64,000 bases of DNA from assembly GCA_965645245.1 (NCBI GenBank), contig OZ287078.1:1302001-1366000 (forward strand), written 5' to 3'. The notes under the pieces were generated by a model that saw only the letters and a program-made list of their open reading frames with translations, made no database searches and was not told where the DNA came from. The position numbers and the translations under genes were made by a program. This stretch comes from Massalongia carnosa (lineage: Eukaryota). Positions 11,735 to 24,600 of the stretch are shown piece after piece (position 1 is the stretch's first letter; each line of letters starts with the position of its first letter).

Positions 11735-13903
11735 ATGGCGCCGCCAATTGCCAGCGCGAAGATTACTCTGACCTATCCTCTCTATGCAGTTGATTTTGAC
11801 CCTAACAATAGTGACTTTGTCCTCGTCGGAGGCGGAGGAGGGGAAGGACGTAGCGGAGTGGGAAACAAGATAGTATGGCTTTGTCTATGGCACAAATCGC
11901 GTTCCTATGCTAAGACTTAGTAATCCCAACAGACTCTCATTGACGCGTCCCGGAAACAAAGTCTATCGGAAGTAGTCGACATCAATCTCTCCCAAAATGA
12001 AGACTCGGTGACTTCATTAGTGATTACGCAATCGACAGAATCCTCCGCCATCGCGTATGCTGGCATCAACTCGTCTGAAGCGGACCAAGAGGCAGGCAAA
12101 AACGAGCACCTGCGGTCCTTTGGATTAGGTTATCCCCCGAGACGGAGGAAGGATGCCAAGCCTGAAGAGGTGGTTTCCGAAGAGCACAAAGGCGTTACGG
12201 AGGCGTTGGGAAGAGCTTCCTTTTTTACCCCCAGTACAGCAGCCAAGAAAGAGACATACCAACGAGTGCTAAGATTATCGCGAGCTGGTAAGGATGAAGG
12301 TCGCAGACTGGGAGCCTTGGCTACGGGGCTTTCTCCCCAGGGAGAAGTCATAATAATCGATGCGACCAAAGTGAACCCAGGGCCAGATGATTTACTTGCG
12401 CGAGTAACCCTTGGGAAAGGGACGGAAGCTGCCGATGTGGACCTGGTTCACGTTACCGTTAAGGAATATCGCGTTGCGTATTGCACGGACTACGAGGTCT
12501 ATACCGTTACACTTCCGCTCATAACAGGGGATCGATTGCCAGACCCTCAGCTTGCCTTCGGACTACCTCATCCCGATGTCTTCGCCTCCGTGAAAGCTCG
12601 TCCCAAGTTTCGCTCGATCCGCTTTCTCACCCCAAACCTTCTCCTCCTCCTTGTAAATCAACCAAATCGCAAAGGCGCCGAGCTCCTTATCCTCGAAATC
12701 CCAAAATTCTCCTCACTAGGAAGCATTATATTGCGCAAACGCCTTCACACAGCCATCAAATCCGCCACAGCTCTTTCTGTCGCCTTTCTGCGTGCTCCCC
12801 AACCGACTCAACCTACACAACATGTTGTTGCCGTTGCAGGTCAGGATAACTCTATCACAATACTCTCTCTTGACCATCCTACGTCGCCACCTTTCGCTTC
12901 CTTAACCTTTAACACCCACACATTCCTTCCCTTGGTTCACTCTCTTCAAATAACCTCGTTAGCATTCTCCACCTTCCACCTCCCCGTCGAACTCTCAAAT
13001 CCAACTCCTGAGTTTTTGAAGCTTGCCTCCACCTCCATCGCGTCCACTTTGGTAATCCACACACTTCCATTAATCCAATTCCCACCAAACTCCAAATCTT
13101 CTTCCGTCCTTCGCCATGTTCTTCGACCCCCTGGACGTTCCGAGGCTGCGCAGGTCACTCTCACTGTCCTGATCAGCGCTATTGCCATTGCTCTCGGGGC
13201 ATTCTTCCTCCAAGCATTCACCGAGATCCGTGGCGGCACTCCGGAATATCTAGGTGCAAAGGGGTGGCTGAGTGACCGTGTACATGGTTATATCGCAAGG
13301 CCGTATATGTTTGATGATATATCTTCTGCTATACCGTCCTTGCCGCCCCAGCCATTTGAAGCTGCAACGGGGTCTTCTGAAGTGGGGAAACATAGACCCG
13401 AAACTGCCACAGGACCTGTTGAGGCTGCGACCACGACAGAAACTTTCGAGGCTGTAACAAACACCCTCCAAGCTGCCATAGAGACATTACAAATGGAAGC
13501 CGCATCCGCAGAAACGGCAGCAAAAGAAAAACCCCGCCTCCGAGACCTTCTATACCAACAACGCACCTGCTCTCCTGATAAATCCTCTCCTGACGAACCC
13601 CCAAGCGACACCTGCATCAACAGCGCAAACAAGGTCATCGTTGTCTCCGCCACCGCTGAAGATGACGATGACGAAACGTCCTTTGCCGCAAACCTCCACG
13701 ACTCCCATCACGTTTCCGGAGCCGGAGCGAAGGGGAAGAAGTGGGAGGAAATGGAAGAAGGGGAGAAGGAGAGATGGCGGCGAAGGCTAGTCAAGGCGGG
13801 CGAGTGGGCAGTTGAGGAGGGGGAGGCTGTTTTAAAAGGGGTGCTTTTTTCAGGCTGGGCGGGGTTTGTAGGGGAGGTTGTTGAGGGTTTGGCTGGGGAT
13901 TAG
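11735..13903 (+). CDS. SEC12: Sec12/PREB-like WD40 guanine nucleotide exchange factor for Sar1
   Basis: N-terminal YPLYAVDFD..VGGGGGEGRSGVGNKI K-loop, intron approx. 11873-11931, beta-propeller-like body and a single TM helix (VLISAIAIALGAFFLQAF). Confidence 0.88.
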
Positions 13904-15427
13904 TTGAGGGCGTCAAGATTTGGGAGAAGAGTGAGAGCTGGGGGGTATTGTGTTAGGAGGAGGAATAGGAAGGATGATGGTAAAAAATAATGGAGCGAGT
14001 AGACGGAGATGGATGTTACGGCAAGCACAAAACCGCACTTTTCGAATACAATCTCAACTTTGCATGCGCTTCCCTTCCCTCTCATTTTTCACATCCATCA
14101 ACCCCCCACCCCCGGCCCTTGAAACAGTCATCCCATTCCATTCCTAATCTTCCTTCTTCATTTATCCATAGTGACAAGGAAAGTTAAATGCGTAGGTACT
14201 ACCTTTTTTTTTCAACCAAAAAAGCTAGCTATGCGACTATTCGAGTATGCAAGAACAGAATGCAAGAACGAAAGTTATAAGTAGGTAAATAAGATTTGGG
14301 TATGTGGAGAAAAATAACCGTACAAGATTAAGAAGAAGAGGGAAAAAAAGGTAAGGCGAGAAAAACCAAAAAAACAATAGGTAGGTTTAAAGAAGATTCA
14401 GAAACTATATGTATATGTACATAAGAAAACAAAGAAAGAGAGGTTCTTACATGTTTTTCAATCATTTTTCTGTATTAAATGATATCTTTGAAGTCGTCGA
14501 TTTATTTATAAGTTCTCTTACATTCTTAGATATCAATTTCCTTCTTTCTTCTTCTTTTCCCTTATTCCCCCTTCGATCCGTTCATCCCCTCCTCCTTCCT
14601 TTCCCCTCTGTGTCTTGATCCGTTCAACTCAGGTCAACCCCATCCCCGCCTATTCATTTCATCCTTTCTTCGCCATTCCATCCCATCATGTCTCAGCCAA
14701 GCTAGCCGGCTATATCAGACCATCCGCTTTACTTACTCATCTATCGATAAACATTTCTACCTTCCTACCTCCCTTACCTATTCTCCCCCTCCCCCCGCCC
14801 CGAATGAATCAGGGACAAATCTTCCAACCTTTTCAATACTTCAGAGCTATACATAAAAACATAGATAGTTAGGCAGATGGCTTCGATTCAGCGTTTACGG
14901 AAGTTTTTCATGTGATGAGAACATAAAAATAGAAAAGAAAGAGGAAGAATGAAAAGGAAGATATTTGGGGGAACTTTGGTTGGTACGTATTTGTGGATAT
15001 ATATATGATATGTAGGGAGGAGGAGGGGACTGTAGGGATGGTAGCTGGTGTGATGATTGATGTGACGAGTGGGAAAGGGGGAGGGGTTGTTTAAATTTGG
15101 ACTCGGATTGGGATACCATGCTGAAGATATCACAGTAGATGGGATGGATTGATGGCTGGGTAGATGGGTCAATAGATTGGTGGAGTAGGCAGGTATATAT
15201 AAATCTATGTGGCTGATAATACACACTCACAAAAGGGATGGGATACAAGAAAGAATGAACACGCCCATGGGTGCTTGCACCTGCTTCGCCGATTGAAAAC
15301 ACCACCGCATCCTCTATTTTTATCTAAGTGTAGAATGTAATAGATACGCATGCAACGCAATGCAATGCAAAAAATGAAACGAGATGAGAAGAGAAGAGGT
15401 ATAGATAGATATGCAATCCCAGTCTCC

Positions 15428-16204
15428 TTAGCCGCCAAGCCCTCTTCCCACGCCTCCGCCATAGCTACCCTGTTCCCGCTGTCGAGGAAGAAGTTTCTGC
15501 AGGATCAGCGCGATGAGTAGTTCCGGATCCATGGGCGAGGCGGAGTCGAGGGTTGAAACCACACCTTCGGTTGGGGGCGTATAGGCCGAGTTCAGGACTG
15601 GAAGGAGGTGGCAGGGTGGTGGGGAAGGGGGGCAGTGGTCGACGGGGTTATTAGGAGGCGTTGAAGGATGCGTGGGGGAAGCTCGAGATTTGCTGTGTGA
15701 GTTTGAGTATAGGGACGGAGTGGAAGTCGGAGTTGCGACGGGGTATAGCGCGTCGAAGTCTGAACGGTTGAGTCCGCGTGGAAGGGAGGGCGGGAAGAGA
15801 CGTCTGCGTTTTGGAGTTGAGGGCAGATAGTTTGGAGAAGACGCGGAGTGTTGGTAGGTATTATTGTTGAGGGTGGCGCTACTGCTGATGGTGGAGATGA
15901 TGTCGGTATTTTCGCACCCCGAGGATCGGCGACGTTTGTTTTGACCGCGGGAAGGCGAGGGAGCGACGAGCTTGATCGGGCTCTGCAGAGCCGGTCGACG
16001 CTGTGAGACAATCTGATTGCAGTGCGTACGAGGAGAAGGTCTTCCGGCCGAAGTACTGGATGCGAGAAGGGATTGCAGGGCGAAGCACGTTGTTTGAAGA
16101 TTGTTTGGTGCTGGTGAGGTTGGAGTGAGTGGCGGAGAGAGAATCCGTGGAAAGTACGAAAGCGAATCGCAGGGGAAGGCCGAAGGAAGCAACATAGTCG
16201 GCAT
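15428..16204 (-). CDS. Pro/Ser-rich fungal hypothetical protein
   Basis: 258-aa ATG ORF with motif-like blocks LQTTCFALQSLL and PSTPKRRRLFPPSLPRGLNRSDFDAL. Lies convergent to SEC12. Confidence 0.6.
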   Translation of the reverse strand: MPTMLLPSAFPCDSLSYFPRILSPPLTPTSPAPNNLQTTCFALQSLLASSTSAGRPSPRTHCNQIVSQRRPALQSPIKLVAPSPSRGQNKRRRSSGCENTDIISTISSSATLNNNTYQHSASSPNYLPSTPKRRRLFPPSLPRGLNRSDFDALYPVATPTSTPSLYSNSHSKSRASPTHPSTPPNNPVDHCPPSPPPCHLLPVLNSAYTPPTEGVVSTLDSASPMDPELLIALILQKLLPRQREQGSYGGGVGRGLGG

Positions 16205-17744
16205 GCTAATTTTCTAGAGTTTTCCTGCTTCACGCTGGATCGTCTGGGTGATGCGTGATTTTGCGCCGGAAAAAGCAGCGAGGGTAGTTTTCGGAAGGGG
16301 ACGATGTAAATAAGAGAAATGTAGTTTTCAGACGTATGCGATTCGATTGCAGTCGTATTAGAGCACTTTAGAACGCGTTTTGGTGGTTGTTATTCACGAG
16401 GGAAGGCTGTGATGGATGGGAAAAGGTGGAAGGGAAGGGCGCAGAGCGAGTTTGACTCTGCGCCGGGTCCAAGGGATCGGGGAAGAAGCCTCTTTGCCGG
16501 CGTTCAGTTTGTAGTACCACGCTAAAATCACCCATCTTTAGCGTCCACCAATTGAATTCATTCCGTACCTGGACTGCTGTCGATCAGCACGTCCAGAGTG
16601 CACGGATGGATGACTCAATCTTCTTGGTTGCTAGGGGAGGCAGAACGCTCTCAATGGACTGCAGAGGAGACGACTGACTTCCTCTTGACCTCGTGGTCGG
16701 TGGTTAGCCTGAAGAAGTCTTGCTCTGATCGTCATGCTTAATCGTTAGAGCACTCCTTAGACCGCTTTCTAGGCCCAAACCCCCAACGCTGGAAGCCTGG
16801 AAGCGGATCTCGACTGTAAGCAGTATGGGATCGAGAATCATGCCTAGCTGGTGCTCCATCGTCGATTGTCCCTTGAACACTCGGTACCCCCTTGACCACG
16901 GCACACCGAAACGGCATCTTTAACGCATTCTCGCTCATCTTTGCAGCTGGAATAAAGGGTCCAACTGCGCCTGCGAAAACGAAGAAACTTAAACGATGGT
17001 AAACTGAGAAATTCCACCACCGTGGGCGAAACACACAAAGTAAGAACGAAAGGCAGGCGAACAGACTTTTATTTAGCCCATCATTGTATGTTGTCAGCAA
17101 GGGCGACGTAATACTAAGTTTATGGCTATTGCTTGTACATACGAAAACTTTCCCGTGACCGTGGTCCCTAGGAAAACGCGTAACTATCGCTGACACGTCG
17201 TTTTATCTTGATGAGCTAGGGGTCAAGGCTACGCGATGAGGGAGGTAGGTATGTCTTATAAACTCCTAGGTTTCTTCGATGGAAAACTCTGAAGGTCTTG
17301 TTCTTGATGTATAAGATCTTCTAAATACTTGAATTGAGTATGCGTGATGTTGCAACATTGGTTACATACTTCTAATCGTGAAGCATATGTCTAGATCAAT
17401 GAATTGATTATATCATAAATGTCGGATTTTCATCAATAGCGAACACTACATGTTATATAAACCTTCTTATTACCATTTACATAACCTTCATACATCTCAT
17501 CATCCATCCTAACGCTCTCCCCCAAAACTCTCCCTAACCTCTGAGTTATCAAGTGCTAAAGTTTCATCGCTTGCAAACCCCCGAGTGACCCCATACGAAC
17601 TGACATGCCATTGTTTTATAATCCAAGCTGTTCGCTATGGCGCAAATAGTGCAAAGCAAACTTAGAAGAAATGGTTGGTCTTATTAACGATGCCTTTCAG
17701 CTCATCGCCCCTTTCAAACCCCCCCTTAACTCAAACCAGCTTTC

Positions 17745-19357
17745 TCATTCTAGCTGCGGTGGTTCAAGAGCTGGTGCTTCATAAATTCCACGAACGGGTA
17801 CACCCCGGTTGCTGAAAGGTGTTTCAACCATTTCGCCCTCAGCCAGCTCGAACATGTTGCTCTCAGTCAGTTTGACCTTGTCGCTCACAGCCACTTCAGC
17901 CTTATCTTTCCCGGATATTTCTGCCTTGGACCAAGCCTCTCAACCGTTCATTGCGCGCCGCCTCCTACCAAGGAAATAGATCAAAGTCACAACAACCAGA
18001 CTTCCCGCAATACCCCCCAAAACCCCACCTGTGACTCTTTTGGTGGTCTTCTTGGACGATTTACGCAAGGTGGAGTTCGATGCAAAGGGAGACGCCGCTG
18101 AAGGTAAAGCGGTGGTTGACAGCGGTTTATCTGGAGCTAGTGCTGCTTGAGCCGAAGCGGGTGTTCTCGAGGGCCTCGCCCAAAGCGGGCGTTGAGAGAA
18201 GATGTTTTGCAACGCTGTGGAGGTCCAGCCGCCTTGGGGCTCGGTGAGATTTGCGTTTCCGGATGCACTAGACGTCATGGTCAGTAGCCAGCTTGATGTG
18301 ACGACTTGATGCTCTATCAAAAAATGCGTGTCACTCACTTTCCACCGATGATATTGGTGACGACCTCTGGCACGGTGTATTTTACCAAAGGATCAAAGGT
18401 TCTTTTCCAGGTATATGTGCTAGTGTCCAAGACCCTGATCGGTGCATGGGCTGGATTGCATGCACTTCTGTCGGCCACTATCTCAGCTCCAGCAGAGCCT
18501 CCAAGTACGATCATTTGAGCGTCATTATAGATGGCACATTGATGAGCGGCCCGTCCTACATTGTTGATAGCCTGTGCCTCAAAGTCGTCTTTCTCATTCA
18601 CTTTAATCCATCGAAACGACGGAACGCTTAAGACATAGGCATCTCCATAAGTAACCGCAGTGTATGTGTTCCAGCCGCCGTAGATGGTGCCGAATGAGAA
18701 CGACAAGCCACTATGTGGGATGCTAACTGACATCTCCGAACTTCGATTTTTCAAGTTCACGTTGCGTCCAGATACCATAACGAAGCCCTATTCATTTATG
18801 ACTGTGTTGAAGGGTGCTAAAACGTTAATGGTACCAGTTGAGGGCGTGGTATAGATGGTGTCATTGGAGTACCACAAAACGGCCCCGTTGTCGAGAGATT
18901 GACTCCCATCAAGGGCTGGATTAGGTGTTAAGTTTGATGGTAGCGAGTAAGTTTGAAGTGTGCATTTTGGGATATACGCTTCCACCGTGAGATTAGCCTT
19001 CAGGTCAAGAGAGTAGAGGAAGGGCTCTAAAACCAGAGGTCATCTATCAGTTTCATCAGTTGCACTTGACTCATCAACTCACGAGGCAGAGACGAGGTCG
19101 CTGATTCGAACGTGTAATTGTCATGCATAAAGAACAAACGATCTTTAACCAGGGTAACTGTCCCAAATCAGCCAACGAGACCATTCAAAATCCCAATCTG
19201 GAGTTCTCTTTACCCCTATGACCCCATAGAAAGCATAAGTCTCCTTCAGTTCGAGTCGTCTGATATTTTGACGAAGAGGACACCGTGAAACACGGAGAAT
19301 CTCAAGCACAGCGATTAGCAACATCAGAAACATTATAAGAGGTTCAAAATCAGACAT
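17745..19357 (-). pseudogene. Kelch-repeat type I membrane protein, apparently disabled
   Basis: Signal peptide, kelch-like blocks (IYGGWN..DAYVLSVPSFRWI, GRAAHQC..QMIVLGG, IRVLDTSTYTW..YTVPEVVTNIIGG) and TM (GGVLGGIAGSLVVVTLIYFL-RRRR). In-frame stops TAG 18788-18790 and TGA 17940-17942, with the frame continuing after each. Confidence 0.7.
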
Positions 19358-20857
19358 GAGAAATTTTCAAAGGAGGAAAACACAAGGAAACTAAATAAAA
19401 GGATGTCATCGTTAAAAACCGGGCTTCTTAACCTGTCCAGTCTTTCACCCTATTACACATCTGAATCCTTATATCCGTACCATCTACATCGCTCGGTTCG
19501 CCTCGCGGCAAAGTCAAAACTACTTATTCCTAGACGTATCGAGTAGGACAACGTCTCATCAGAAACACTACTCCATAGTCTCTGTAAACGGGGCATGTAC
19601 GGTGCAATCGTGGACGTTGTTGTTAGCTTCATCACTGAAAGGCCAACGAACCTGAAATTATTCGAGCACAGGTTCAGAAACCATAGAATACGGGCAAAAC
19701 TTTTCAAAAATCTTTTCTATCACTTATTTTGTATTTATTTTATGATGCAAATCTTTTGAATGAGATATGTGATTTCGTCAAATAATTCAAGCATAACACA
19801 CTAAAACGACATTTGCATTATGATGTAAAAAAACAAAACCAAAAATCTCGTCGAAATAAACGAAAAACTGGCGAATGAATCAAAAGACATTATGAAAGCG
19901 GTCTGATTAAGAAAGAGTGTAATGAATAACCCGATGCTTTTACAATATTAATACCAGATGAATACGAGATGAATACTTGTAGCAACAATTCGAATCTAGG
20001 TGAAGCGATCCTGAGCACATCTTAAACGAAAGAGAACAGATCTTGTGCTTTTTCATGCAAGAGAAATCGGAACGTACATATTTATAGTCTAAAATTATAT
20101 ACACAGTAATCTCAGAGACGTGTAAAGAAAGGCAAGAGCCAAAAAGTCAGGTACGATGTACAGTACCTGATCCCATACAAATGCCCATGACGTAGCTATC
20201 ATCAATGCATAGTTCCCCGATTAGATAATTAATTCTGCAAGCCAAGGAACGCGAATAAGTACATCGTTTGGAGTGGGAAACCCGTCAGTTTAATACATTA
20301 TCCTAGATCTTGTAGATATTTGCGAGATAATCAAGATATCGTAACCCTTCCAAAGCAGGATGATGCTACCCCAAGGATTTTGTGAAGTATTTGAGTGAGA
20401 CGGCATGGTGGTGCCGATATGCAGGGAGACCTTGAGAAGTCTTATCTGTCAACCAAGACAATATTGGGGGTTGAAAGGCCTAGCAGCCTTTCAATAGGGC
20501 ATAGATGGGCAACCTGCTGAGGCCTTGAATAAGGCGGAGAATACTTCAATGTTATTACATCGTTGTTAGGGTAGAAAAGAGATGGAGTATTCAAGACAGG
20601 GAAGAACGGGGCGAAGGTAGATGGCTAAAAAGGAAAAGGAAAGGCTCCCTTGCTTGAGGCGTATTTAGATAATTCCTTAGTTCTTTGGGAGTCTAGTTGG
20701 GCTAATAAACTGCAATGGGGGTATCAAACGTGCAAGAAAAAAGTATTAAATAAGCGCTCCCAAACTACAACCCAACCCATTTATCATAATTATTACCGGT
20801 GGGCAAGAATCATCAGCGAAATCGGTCTCAAAAGCGTAGCAATAAAAATCTCTTCAC

Positions 20858-22901
20858 CTAGCTTCTCTTCTCATGCAAAATTCGCTTCTTCGCCACGGTC
20901 TGTCCGTAGGTCTTTGCAGAGATAAAGCCGCAGTTCTCCTTCCCTGCTTCCATGTAGATTGCAGGGTCACTGGCTGAAAGATAGGTGCTCTGCCGCCGTT
21001 TCCTGCTAGATGGTGCAGCTTTTTCCTCGAGAACAGCCACAGGTAAATGGCTGCGATGCATGGTTGGGGACGGGTTCTCTTGAAGATGCTTCGGAGGGCT
21101 GCACTGGAGAGGTTCTTTATTCTTGCTTTGGAAGAGACGGCTTTCTTGCTGAGTGAGGTTTAGTGACCATGAATTTTAAAATTATGACGTTTGGGAGTGT
21201 TCAGTACCTTGAATTGAATCCAGGAATCTAGGTTTTCGACTAAATCTGCAGGAGACGACGTCCGCGTCCACCCTTTGGTGGCTTCCTCATAAGCTACCTC
21301 GAAAAAACTTTTTCGATGGCCTTTGGTAAACCATTGATGTTCCAATGCCTCCTCCGCGCTCATCCGTACATTCTCGTCAAGTCTTAAAAGAGCCTTGACG
21401 AACTCCTTTGCCTCTGGTTGTACGATATTCCAGCTAATGTCTGAATCCAGCCTGGTAAGATCGCAATTTCCCGAAGCTTCGACAATGGCAGCTTTCGAAT
21501 CGCGCCTGTAAGTTGAATCTTGGGTATTGACAAAGAAAGAGGTGCCGTTCAGCAGAGCTGTGGTCAAGCAGCCGAGGGACCACATATCTACAGATTTGGT
21601 ATATCCGGCCTTACTAACTGCGGTATTCCTTCCTTGCACCTCACTAAAGCCCCTGTCAGAAGATGGCGGGAGGGATTGTGCGAAGACTTACGGGGCTACC
21701 CAATCCAACGTCCCGCACATTGTTTGCATCCTCTTTGATTTGGTGCCCTTTCCAACAACCGGTTTGATAGCTTGTCCAAAGTCGGTCAGAATAGCTCGTG
21801 CTCCAGGATTCGGAGAGCTTAGCAGGACATTTTCCGGTTTGAGATCTCGATGTACAATAGATTGCTTATGGAGATACTGTAATGCCTTGGTAATCTGGTA
21901 CGTTATTGCACAGGCATCGTCGTTTTCAAGTCTTCCTCCCCTTTGGTTAATATAAGAAGCGAGATCTCCTCCTGCTATGAGATCTTCGATGATGTAGCTA
22001 GAGAGGTAAGATTGTGGCGAAAAAGCCCATTGAATCCACATACATAGTGCTCTCTGTGTGGAAAACTTGGTGAACTTTCATGATATTAGGCTAAGAGACA
22101 CCGTCAGTTTAGAAGATCGTTGTAGCATTATTCTTACATGACTAGTTTTGCTCAAAAGCTCTACCTCCCGCCACAATCTCCCTCGATTGGGTGAATCCTG
22201 AGAAAGGCTAGCGAGATTGATAATTTTACAGGCGAGTTGACGCCTTTCCATGTGATCAAGAGCCATCAGTACTCGACCGGACGCTCCGCCTCCCAATTGA
22301 CGGTCCGTGATGGTAAAATAGGTAGAGAAAGCCTGTGAGCTATTAGCTTCGGATCCAGCTTGGCTATAAGTATCATACATCTCTTTCAGTTGCTTCATTC
22401 TCCGAGATCTCCAATTGTGAGACAGCCTGAACAGTTGGAACAGTGTAAAAAACGAAGCTGCTGCCATCCCGCAGCTGGAGCTTGTCTCCATTGCTGAGAA
22501 GAAATGCATTGCCTTTTCTCGTAAAGTAAGATTCCGTAGTAGTCCATTTTTTAGGCAGCCATTCAAACCCGTTCAGCGAGAGATCCTCAGCATATACGAA
22601 TGGCTGAACTGTCGGGTCATCAGGATCGTAAATGATCGAATATATAAGTAAATGCCGGTTTGAAATTGTCGGATCGGTCAACACAAGATCGCTATGCCTG
22701 TCACTCATCCCCCAAAGATTTCTCACTGTAATTTGCGCTTACCAACTTTTGGCATCTCTTCCAACCAGTATATCTTGTCCTTCAACGATCTCATATCTGC
22801 CTGGATGGATTTAGACTCATGCAGTAACAGCACTGGGCTGCTGTACCAGCCCATCCTTTATCCTTGTTGCTAGCTTCCAGATATCCAAGTACTTGTAACA
22901 T
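20858..22901 (-). CDS. FHA-domain Ser/Thr kinase, Mek1/Chk2-like
   Basis: Spliced model (7 introns): FHA VGRDAK..DPTISNRH..DLSLNG, then kinase LGGGASGRV, ACKII, HRDLKPEN, DFG, CGTLDWVAPE, VDMWSLG. The last exon ends at the 20858 ORF stop. Confidence 0.85.
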
Positions 22902-23427
22902 GTCCGCAGTGGAAGAGTTGATGTTAAGCAAGAAGATGGAAGATCAACAAAGGAGAGCTCAGATCAAGGAGAAAACAAACCAACAAGTACTATGTAATAT
23001 ATCTACTATTTTTTTGTACTTGAGTATTCTAGAATGGTGGATAATTTGGCATTGGCAAGCCTACTCTACTTCCTTGAAATACTCTCTTGTGACTGTTCAC
23101 CTACTCTCACCAAACACTATTGAAGCCCTAAGCGAGTCATTAGCCCCGCTGACTAATCCCGCACACATAAACCCCTCGCTCAAACCAACCTCACCTCTTA
23201 CACTCAAGCACCAACCTCATCCTCAATAACAAGTAAGTCCCACTCCAATTCATCTCTCGAAAGCATCAGTTCATCTCATCATGTCATGGAACCTCCGTCC
23301 TAATCAATTGAGAACGTGATATTACCATATCTGCACCCATCACTCGAAATGTTCAACCACGTGCAGGGTGACTAACATTGGGTTTTCCAACCGTGGGCTT
23401 AGATTCCTCTACCCGAGTTATTTGAAG

Positions 23428-23674
23428 ATGAGAGCCAAGTGGAGGAAGAAGCGCGTTCGACGCCTCAAGCGTAAGAGGAGAAAGACTCGTGCGAGAAGGT
23501 ATGTCTTGTTGATTTTACTATTGTTATTTATCTTTTTAAGAAGCTGTTGAGCATCCTCGGTGATCTCCAAGGGGAAAACAATTTCTCGCATGTCGTTTAC
23601 TTCTCTTCTCTTACACTTTCAAAGTCGAGATACACAACATTGCTAACCTAACCCTGTTTATTCACAGCAAGTAA
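23428..23674 (+). CDS. RPL41: 60S ribosomal protein L41 (eL41), 25 aa
   Basis: MRAKWRKKRVRRLKRKRRKTRAR, intron 23499-23667, then SK-stop. Probable 5'UTR intron 23233-23402. Confidence 0.95.
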
Positions 23675-24488
23675 ACCCCTCCACAAAAATAACCCCAAAC
23701 CCGATCGATACAACAGCTCTTCCCTCGTCCCTCTCCTTCATAATCTCCTCATCGCACACAACCCCCATAACTACGAGTATGTTTTTCTCCCTACAAGAAC
23801 TACCGGAGTCAATCACGAAAGTCAGGGTCGCCGGAAGGAAAGTAAAAGGAGTTCAAGAATTTGCGAGGGGAAGGATTGGTCAAAACCTGAAGATTCTCTC
23901 TTACATGTCATCGGGTTTCAAGACAAGCGGGAATTTGGGTTTTTAAAAGCTTGCGCACCACAAAATACTAAGCAGCTAGGGAGGGGTTTCTGGGGTCGGA
24001 GAGATTGCTCCCCTCTACTTTTGCTTGCTTACGTAGCGAAATGGAAAGAAAATTTGCTGAAGCTTTGTTAGTAAGCTCCGATGAACTGTAGGGTGAATTT
24101 TGATAAGCTGTCTTGGTTTGCCCATCTAAACTAAATCTCACCATTTCCCCCTTCTAATCTCAATCCTATTGCCCACGAAGCCTTGAAAACAATACAAATA
24201 GAGTGACCCATCTTCCCCACGAAACATAATCCATCCGTCTTCCCCATTCTCTCCCCCCCGTCCCTTTCTGTCTATGCCTCTTCCACTTCCTCCCATCACA
24301 GAACGAAGAAAGCGAAGCCAAGTGAGCATAATTAGGAAAGAAAAAGAAAAGAAAGAAACGACGAAAGATAAAAGACATGCAGAAGCATAGAAATTATGTG
24401 GAATTGGAAATCGAATAGAGATAGGAAGATTTATAGAAAGAGACAGACAGACAGAGAGAAAACCTCACGGAAGCAGTAGCAGAAGGAG

Positions 24489-24600
24489 GAAGAAGAAGAA
24501 GAAGAAGAAGAAGAAGAAGAAGAAGAAGAAGAAGAAGAAGAAGAAGAAGAAGAAGAAGAAGAAGAAGAAGAAGAAGAAGAAGAAGAAGAAGAAGAAGAAG
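24489..24600 (+). repeat. Pure (GAA)37 microsatellite
   Basis: Uninterrupted GAA run read directly from the sequence. Confidence 0.98.

Noticed and set aside
14409..15462. Short ORFs in the SEC12 downstream low-complexity island
   Set aside because: Composition-driven frames of purine/pyrimidine tracts with no recognisable motifs.
20471..20494. Hairpin TTGAAAGGC-CTAGCA-GCCTTTCAA
   Set aside because: An isolated 9-bp stem with no target-site duplication or second copy; could be chance.
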